In this document: piece by piece, positions 56,676-64,000 of the stretch
Layout: each line of letters begins with the position of its first letter
Numbering within the stretch: position 1 is the first letter of the stretch
From: Octopus vulgaris
Taxonomy: Eukaryota
Direction: 5' to 3'
DNA length: 64,000 nt
NCBI GenBank assembly: GCA_951406725.2
Contig: OX597817.1
Span: 9,548,001 to 9,612,000, forward strand
Notes under the pieces: model-generated
Databases searched by the model: none
The model's input: only the letters and a program-made list of their open reading frames with translations
Told to the model about the DNA's origin: nothing
Position numbers and translations under genes: made by a program

Positions 56676-59027
56676 TGTATGTATGTATGTATGCATGCAT
56701 GTATGTATGTATGTATTTTCTCCACCAGTCTGCATCCCTGTAACTCAGTGATCTGGCAAAATGATGAATAGATTAAGTACAAGGTTTAATAAAGTAAGTA
56801 CTTAATTCGACTAAACCCTTTAAGGTGTTACTCAAGCATGGCCGCAGTCCAGTGACTAATGCATTTAGAAGTATATATATATATATATATATACATGCAT
56901 GCATACATACATACATACATACATACATACATACATACATACATACATACGTAATGCGCTCAGTGCTTTGTTACAGTTATATATATATATAGATATATAT
57001 ATATATATATATATTTATACACATACATACATACATACATACATACGTAATGCGCTCAGTGCTTAGTTAGTTATGTATACTACTTACAGATCCTGAAATC
57101 TACGCAAACACTCAGCGTCTTCCCTCAAATACCACAGTATTCTTCTGCAAGGAAGAGAGTTTATTTGAGAGTCTAGTGTGAAAATCGAATTGATCACAAC
57201 CCTCAATTTTTTTGTTGCAAGAAGTGCCCTTACTTTGCTATCTTACCGGCACTCTATTTTTATTCTTACTTTTCTTTCCAGCTCATATAATCAGCTTCGT
57301 GTCGGTCGATTAAACAACAGTAAAGCCTTGATAAGCGAGCAAAAATCTATTTTGCTGTTCTTTAGCATTGATTCGCCGTAAGGAGCTTTTATATCTCTAT
57401 CTTAAAAATATGTTGCCCAATGTTAAGGATTCCTATATTTTGCATTCTGCAACTTGGTCTATGGGCTACAATTTAGTTTCTGCCGTCTTTTCGCATGGTA
57501 TGACTTTAAGGTTTGGATATCATCATTTAGTTGAACTTGTGATTGGTGCTCCTCTGTTTTTGTAATTGTTACTACGATTCCCAATTTAGTCAACGTCCAC
57601 TCAGTATAGAGATTGTTTGCCAAGATATCACAAAAATAGCCAGAATTTGTTTTTATTGATCATGTGGATTTTGTAGACATTCTTATGCTGTCTATGCACC
57701 GAAATAATTGGCTTGTATGTTTTTGTTGATTTGACGATCAGAGAGAGTTGAGCTGCACATATGTAATATCTGGGCTTTCTGTCATCAACCGCTAGTATCA
57801 ATTTTATTTCTTATGGCCTGTAATGGAATAAATATCCGAGATGGTTAATAAAAATAATATAGGCAAACGGTCACACATTTTGAAGAAGTATAATCGATTA
57901 AACCGGATACAGTATGGTAATCATGTTATTGATCCAGAACCAAGTAAACAAAGTCTGTAATAATAATTTCTTGAAAAATGTAGAAAACAACCCAATCGGC
58001 TCCAGTAACTGATTCTTAATATTTCAGATCCTGGAAGTTGACCTCGGTGGGATTTTATTTCAGAAAGTACTGTAACTAAATACCGCAAGGTGTTTAGTAA
58101 TTAGTAACAGTATATAATGAGTTTGATGCTCCAACGATTCTACAAAGCCAGATTTCATAGTATAACAATGGATCGGACCTTGATGTTAGCACTGAAATAG
58201 GTGGGAAAGATGCACCGTCGGATTGGGAAAAAATGTGTTGTGCTGAAGATAAATGTAGCACCAGTTTGAAGAAATATCACAAAACTGAGTGGGCCTCAAT
58301 ACTACGCCACAGCTCATAAAATAAATGCCAAAACAAATTTCTGCGTGTCAGTGTGTCACACTTTGACCCTTCTTTCACTATTCAAAGACACTCCTTTTGC
58401 TGGGGTGAGAGTAATAGTAGGTATAGAGATGGTGAGGGCGGTAGTAGATTGACAGTTGAGATGGTAATGGGGTGATAGTAATAGTATGAACTGTAGTTAT
58501 GATAGAGGCGGAGGCGACGGTGATGATGGTGGTGGTGGTAGCTGAGGCGGTCAAGAATGACGTTGATAGCAAGGGATGTGAAAGATGGTGGTGGTGGCGT
58601 CAGAAGTCTGAATGATGTGTATATGGCAGTCGTGGTGGTGATGGTGGCGGTACTGGGGATGGTGATGGTTGAAAACAATCAAGAGAAAGAAAGAGAAAGA
58701 AAGAGGTTGGACAGAAAACAAAATTGAATTGAACACCGAATGGGAAGACAAAAATGTTGTCTATCATGCAGCTTTGCAAGAAGTCGACATATTATATCAT
58801 TGTTTTGATGAAAAATGTTCATTGTTTGAAAGATATTAGTCAAGTTTAATTAAATTTAATATGTACTCAATGCATGAAGTGTCATTATTGAGCCCAAGAC
58901 TTAATGAAGAACCCTCCACAGGAGCTAGCCTAAAAGCCGCTCAGTCAGGTGCCTTTTAAGCTAGTATCTATCTATCTGTCTATCTATCTATCTATCTGTC
59001 TATCTATCTATCTATCTGTCTATATAG

Positions 59028-59402
59028 TCTTTTATTCTTTTACTTGTTTCAGTCATTTGACTGCGGTCATGCTGGAGTACCGCTTTTAGTCGAGCAAATC
59101 TACCCCAGGACTTATTCTTTGTAAGCCTAGTACTTATTCTATCGGTCTCTTTTGCCGAACCGCTAAGTTACGGGGACGTAAACACACCAGCGTCGGTTGT
59201 CAAGCGATTTTGGGGTGGAGGACAAACACAGACGCACAAACATATATACGATGGGCTTCTTTTAGTATCCGTCTACCAAATCCATTCACAAGGCTTTGGT
59301 CGGCCCGAGGCTATGGTGGAAGTCACTTGTCCAGGGTGCCACGCAGTGGGACTGAATCCGGAACCATGTGGTTGGTAAGCAAGCTACGTACCACACAGCC
59401 AC
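59028..59402 (-). mobile_element. SINE family A
   Basis: Similarity to the other copies. Confidence 0.8.
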
Positions 59403-59449
<47 letters not shown>

Positions 59450-61664
59450 AAAGTAGTGGCAACAATTCTTTTCAAGTTTGGTATAAGAGTTGTAATTACT
59501 GAGGCGAGGGGACCAATCGATTACATCGACTTCAGCACTTGATTTACATTTATTTTATCAACCCTGAAAAGATGAAAGGCAAAGTTGATCTTGGCGGAGT
59601 TTTAACTCAGAAAGTAATATGTCAGAAGAAATACTACAAAGCGCTTTTTTTCGACGCTCTAATAATTCTGCCAGTTCGCAGCCTAAGTAACAACAACAAT
59701 AAACATTCGAACTGTGCTATTCAGTCATTATTTTGTTGATTTTTCACATCAATATGTTTTTACATTGTCTCTTCCGTTTATTAGATGTTTTTCTTTGCGT
59801 GACGTTACTGGTAATATTACTGTTACGGTTGTGTAGTCTTCAGAAAAGTAAAGGCCTGTGATTTCAGGGATTTGCTTTCAATGACTTGGTGCTATATCAT
59901 CAACCGATGGCTACCGGCTAGGTATTTCTGCTAGGGCCCATCTTGTTTGTAGGGGACTTAACCCTTTTATTTGGATTCTTTACATTCTAGGCTGTATTTC
60001 TAACGTCTTTTTACGAGTTGTCTGTCGTGGCTTGTTGCTGTTTTTGACACTCCGCTTTCTCTGCTCCTCTTCGGACAAAATCTTTGCTTTTCTGATTGTT
60101 TATTAATTTTTGATTTGTTTTTACCTAGCTCCGGTTAAAATCGTCAGGAGTTGGAGATAAACTGCTTGTTTTTTAAAAAAAATATCACTTTTCAAACTCA
60201 GATTCTTTTCGGTTCTATTTCATTCTGGTTCCATCGTATTTCTCTCGTGCCCTATCTCTGTATCTGTTGTATTTATCCATTTTTTATTCTTTTATAATTT
60301 ATGCCATTTTCTTGTCGATCTCATTAAGCATTGAGGTACATTTTCTTTATTTTCTTCTTTTGCAAGTTTATTTTCTGTTGTTTCGTTAGATTTAGATGTT
60401 CGTATATGATATATGATATTAGATTATTTATCCTGGTGATATTGAAGTTTGCATCTGTTTCCAATATATTTATGATGGCCTAGTTAGTGTTTTTATTGTT
60501 GTTCTGTCTCATCAATAAGTTTAGGATGGGGGTATTTCGTTCGTCCATAAGTAGATGTATCGATTTAAAATCTTTGACTTTTTCCACTTTTAGATTATTG
60601 TCATATTCAACTTTTTTAGCTTTATAGCTGTCTACTTTTAAATCTTTCTCTTATTCACTTTTGTACTTATTTTCATTCGTGTAGTTTGAGTTCTGTCTTT
60701 GTTCGTCGATATTCTGTAAATATGCTGATCTTTGATTTCTCGTATTCTATTATTTTGCTTCTTCTCTTGCTCTACGTTTATCTTCGTGATCTTTGTTTCC
60801 AGAGTTTGTTGTATTATTGTTTGAGTTGTTTTCATTGATTGTAGTTTCCGTTTTTTTTTTATGAATTCTATTTTTCAGTTTGATTTCTGTTTTGATCATA
60901 AATTAACTATTCCATTGGTATCCAAAATCACTTCACTATCAGGGTTATTTTCTCTCCGGATATTGTACTTGAATGTTAGCTGTCTCGAATTGTGGTAGAT
61001 AAATAGTTTTAAAATAAATATATTCCTCTAATGGTTAATGGTTATTTGAGCCTGTTTTGTTTTGGTGGCCAAAATAATGATAAACTCCAGTCGTTTATTA
61101 AGATTATTAAGATTGTAAAAAATTACGTTGAACACCGGTTTATTTTTTCCCAGAGATGCAGAATATATTCTAGACACATATATCGCCCTTTTATTCATCA
61201 AATTCTAAGCCATATCATGAATAACTCCGTTATCTATCACAGATATGCACACCATCACTTGAACTGCAACTGTCGCGTTCGAGTGAGTTGTCATTCCTTA
61301 TTCTGCTGTACTATTACCGGAAATTACTGACATACAAAACTGGCTTGGGTAATGGAAACACTAACAACGTTATATTGACCTTCGTTTGGCTGTTTATGTG
61401 CTGGGATGTCTTGACCAAAAATGAGGTAAGAGTTCTACAATATTAAATTTAAAATAGATCTCAAGAGTTAGCAAAGAAAGCAGAAATAATCAATGTTCAA
61501 AGCTTTTAGCCTCAACAGTGAAATAAGTTAAAGAGATTTGAAATATAGTGTCTGCCAAGATCTGGGGGTTGATGGTATCGATTAAATAGTTCACACCAAA
61601 TTTCCTGCCTTGTAACTAATTTATAAACAATAAGAGAGGCAGGTGGTAGAAACGCAAGAGATTA

Positions 61665-61840
61665 CTACACAATGTTGCTGAAAAGTTCCTGGCTTTGAAG
61701 GTATCATGAGAGGCCTGGTTAGAGGCCCAACCTTGAGAGTTCTTTCGCAGGGTTTAGAAAAACTGAAGGATCACTGCAATAAGTGTCTGAATCTGAGAGA
61801 GGAATATGTTGAATAAAATCATAATTAACAGCACCCCCTA
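61665..61840 (+). mobile_element. Short mariner-derived remnant
   Basis: ctgaaaagttcc TIR-like start; C-terminal GLEKLKDHCNKCLNLREEYVE*. Confidence 0.55.
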
Positions 61841-61944
61841 GTAAATACAATGAAGTATTCACTTTATCTCCTGATTTCAAATCTCTTTGCTTTCATTTTT
61901 CCACTTAGTTAAAAATAATCCATCCTAATGAAGACACGAGACCT

Positions 61945-62745
61945 AGTTTTGGGGAGGAAGGTGGTTGATTACATCGATCCAATTGTTCAAATGGTACTTA
62001 TTTCATCGATCCCGAAAGGATGAAAATTAAAGTTGACGTCGGCGGAATTTGATCTCAGAATATAAAAACGGATAAAACGTTGCTAGACATTTTGTCCGAC
62101 GGGTTAACGATTCTTATTTCTTTATTGCCCACAAGGGGCTAAACATAGAGGGGGCAAACAAGGACAGACAAAGGGATTAAGTCAATTATATCGACCCCAG
62201 TGTGTAACTGGTACTTAATTTATCGACCCTGAAAGGATGAAACGCAAAGTCGACCTTGGCGGAATTTGAACTTAGAACGTAACGGCAGACGAAATACCTA
62301 TTGCTTTACTACCCACAAATGGGCTAAACACAGAAGGGACAAACAAGGACAGACAAACGGATGAAGTCGATTATAATCGACCCCAGTGCGTAACTGATAC
62401 TTATTTAATCGACCCCGAAAGGATGAAAGGCAAAGTCGACCTCGGCGGAATTTGAACTCAGAACGTAGCGGCAGACAAAATACCGCTAATCATTTCGCCC
62501 GGCGTGCTAACGATTCTGCCAGATCGTCGCCCTCGCATAGTTAAAATAATGATTTAAAATTTTTGGCATAGGGCCAGCAAATTCAAAGGAGAAGTAAGTC
62601 GATTACATCAATCCCTCAGTACTCAACTGGTATTTATTTTATCGATACAGAAAGGACGAAAAGCAAAGTCAATCTCCGCGAAATTTGAACCCACAACGTA
62701 ATGACGGGCGAAATGCCACTAACGCTTCTGTCAGATCGCCGCCTA
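61945..62745 (-). mobile_element. Cluster of ~4 tandem or nested SINE family B copies
   Basis: Repeated cgaYcccgaaaggatgaaa...aagtcgacctcggcggaatttgaac modules. Confidence 0.8.
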
Positions 62746-63288
62746 CTCATGGTTAAAATATATACTTGCTCTATACTAAAGTCGAATATATTATCAAGTG
62801 TATTTTCTATCAGGGTTTGTCATCTTATATCTGTGTTAGAAATCATTATTATTCTTATCGGTAGCACTTATCGTCGCAGTAATATAATAATTATCATTAA
62901 TTTCTTTTTATTTCCCTATTTTATCATCTTAGCAAAATGTTGCGATTTACCTGAAGCTTTTTATTGTCGCTCAGGTGCTGATATTAATGTATTGCTTGTC
63001 ATCAGGATAGTATTGTTGAGAATGTTTTTATAGTTAACTATATTGCTTCTAATTAACCAATAACTTCCATACAGCAATCTCATACACACCCAACTACTGC
63101 ATTCATAGTCGGATATAACACATTGTTAAGCAGCGCATTCAATAGAGTAGACATATACTGCCAACGGGTCTTTGATAATGTGTAGTAAAAAGTTATTTTT
63201 CGCGTTTCATCCTGGTTAGCTATTGTCCTTGTTAACTATGTGTGTATGTGTGTAATGTGCATGTATATGTACATATATGTATATGTGA

Positions 63289-63343
<55 letters not shown>

Positions 63344-63465
63344 CATACATTTATGTATATATATATATATTTAGAGAGAGAGAGAGAAGGGGGAAGGAGA
63401 TAGCTAGATAGATAGATATGTAGATACATAGATAGATATGCATGTATATGCACGTATATGTATGC

Positions 63466-63517
<52 letters not shown>

Positions 63518-63616
63518 GTATATGTATATATATGTATATATATATATATTTATATATATATATATGTGTGTGTGTGTGAGTGTGTGTGTGTGTGTGTGTA
63601 TGTATGTGTGTTTGTA

Positions 63617-64000
63617 TACAAGGGTGAGTCAAAAAGTAATGCCATTTTCTTTATTTCATGTCAAGGTTTTGATAAAATAGCTGAATATTTTCCCAGGTAT
63701 AAATATGATTCTATCATTTACGTTCTGGAATATTTTGTTTCTTACTTTTCAGATTTTTAGGCTGGTAAGGAAAATTCAAAATGGCTGCCCCCTTAGAGTT
63801 ACGTCAAAACAAAGAGCAGTGACTGAATTTCATGTTCCTGAGGGGGAAACCCCTGTGAACATTCACCGATGATTAGAAGATGTCTTTGACGACAATACTT
63901 TAGATTATAGCAATGTAAGCAGGTGGATCCGTCGTCTGAAAGACGAAAAGGTGGGAACTGTGAGTGTAGCCGATAAACGTCCTTCTGGTCGTCCGTTCGC
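63617..64000 (+). mobile_element. 5' end of a mariner element (transposase HTH fossil), running off the window
   Basis: TA-caagggtgagtcaaaaagtaatgcc TIR-like start. From 63781: QRAVTEF..GETPVNIHR*L..DYSNVSRWIRRLK..DKRPSGRP. Confidence 0.75.

Overview
This is AT-rich, gene-poor eukaryotic (metazoan) DNA. The SINE families and microsatellite load look like Octopus, but that is my recognition and was not checked. No intact host gene is supportable, and nearly all ORF-track entries are microsatellite artefacts. The window is a mosaic of microsatellites, three tRNA-derived SINE families, non-autonomous Helitrons, Tc1/mariner fossils, a TIR element, LINE fragments (Tx1/L1-like, CR1-like, R4/Dong-like RLE) and two decayed Penelope-like elements (PLEs) lying tail-to-tail (RT + GIY-YIG). 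The main signal is a high density of type I hammerhead-ribozyme (HHR) motifs: about a dozen recognisable copies plus remnants, from at least 7 unrelated repeat families. They sit in tandem units with terminal redundancy and in palindromes next to (TA)n tracts. Three families independently carry a CCGANGA (U4C) core instead of CUGANGA. This suggests a PLE-dependent set of non-coding, ribozyme-bearing (retrozyme-like) repeats. All folds were read by eye, so activity is untested and coordinates of old repeats are approximate.
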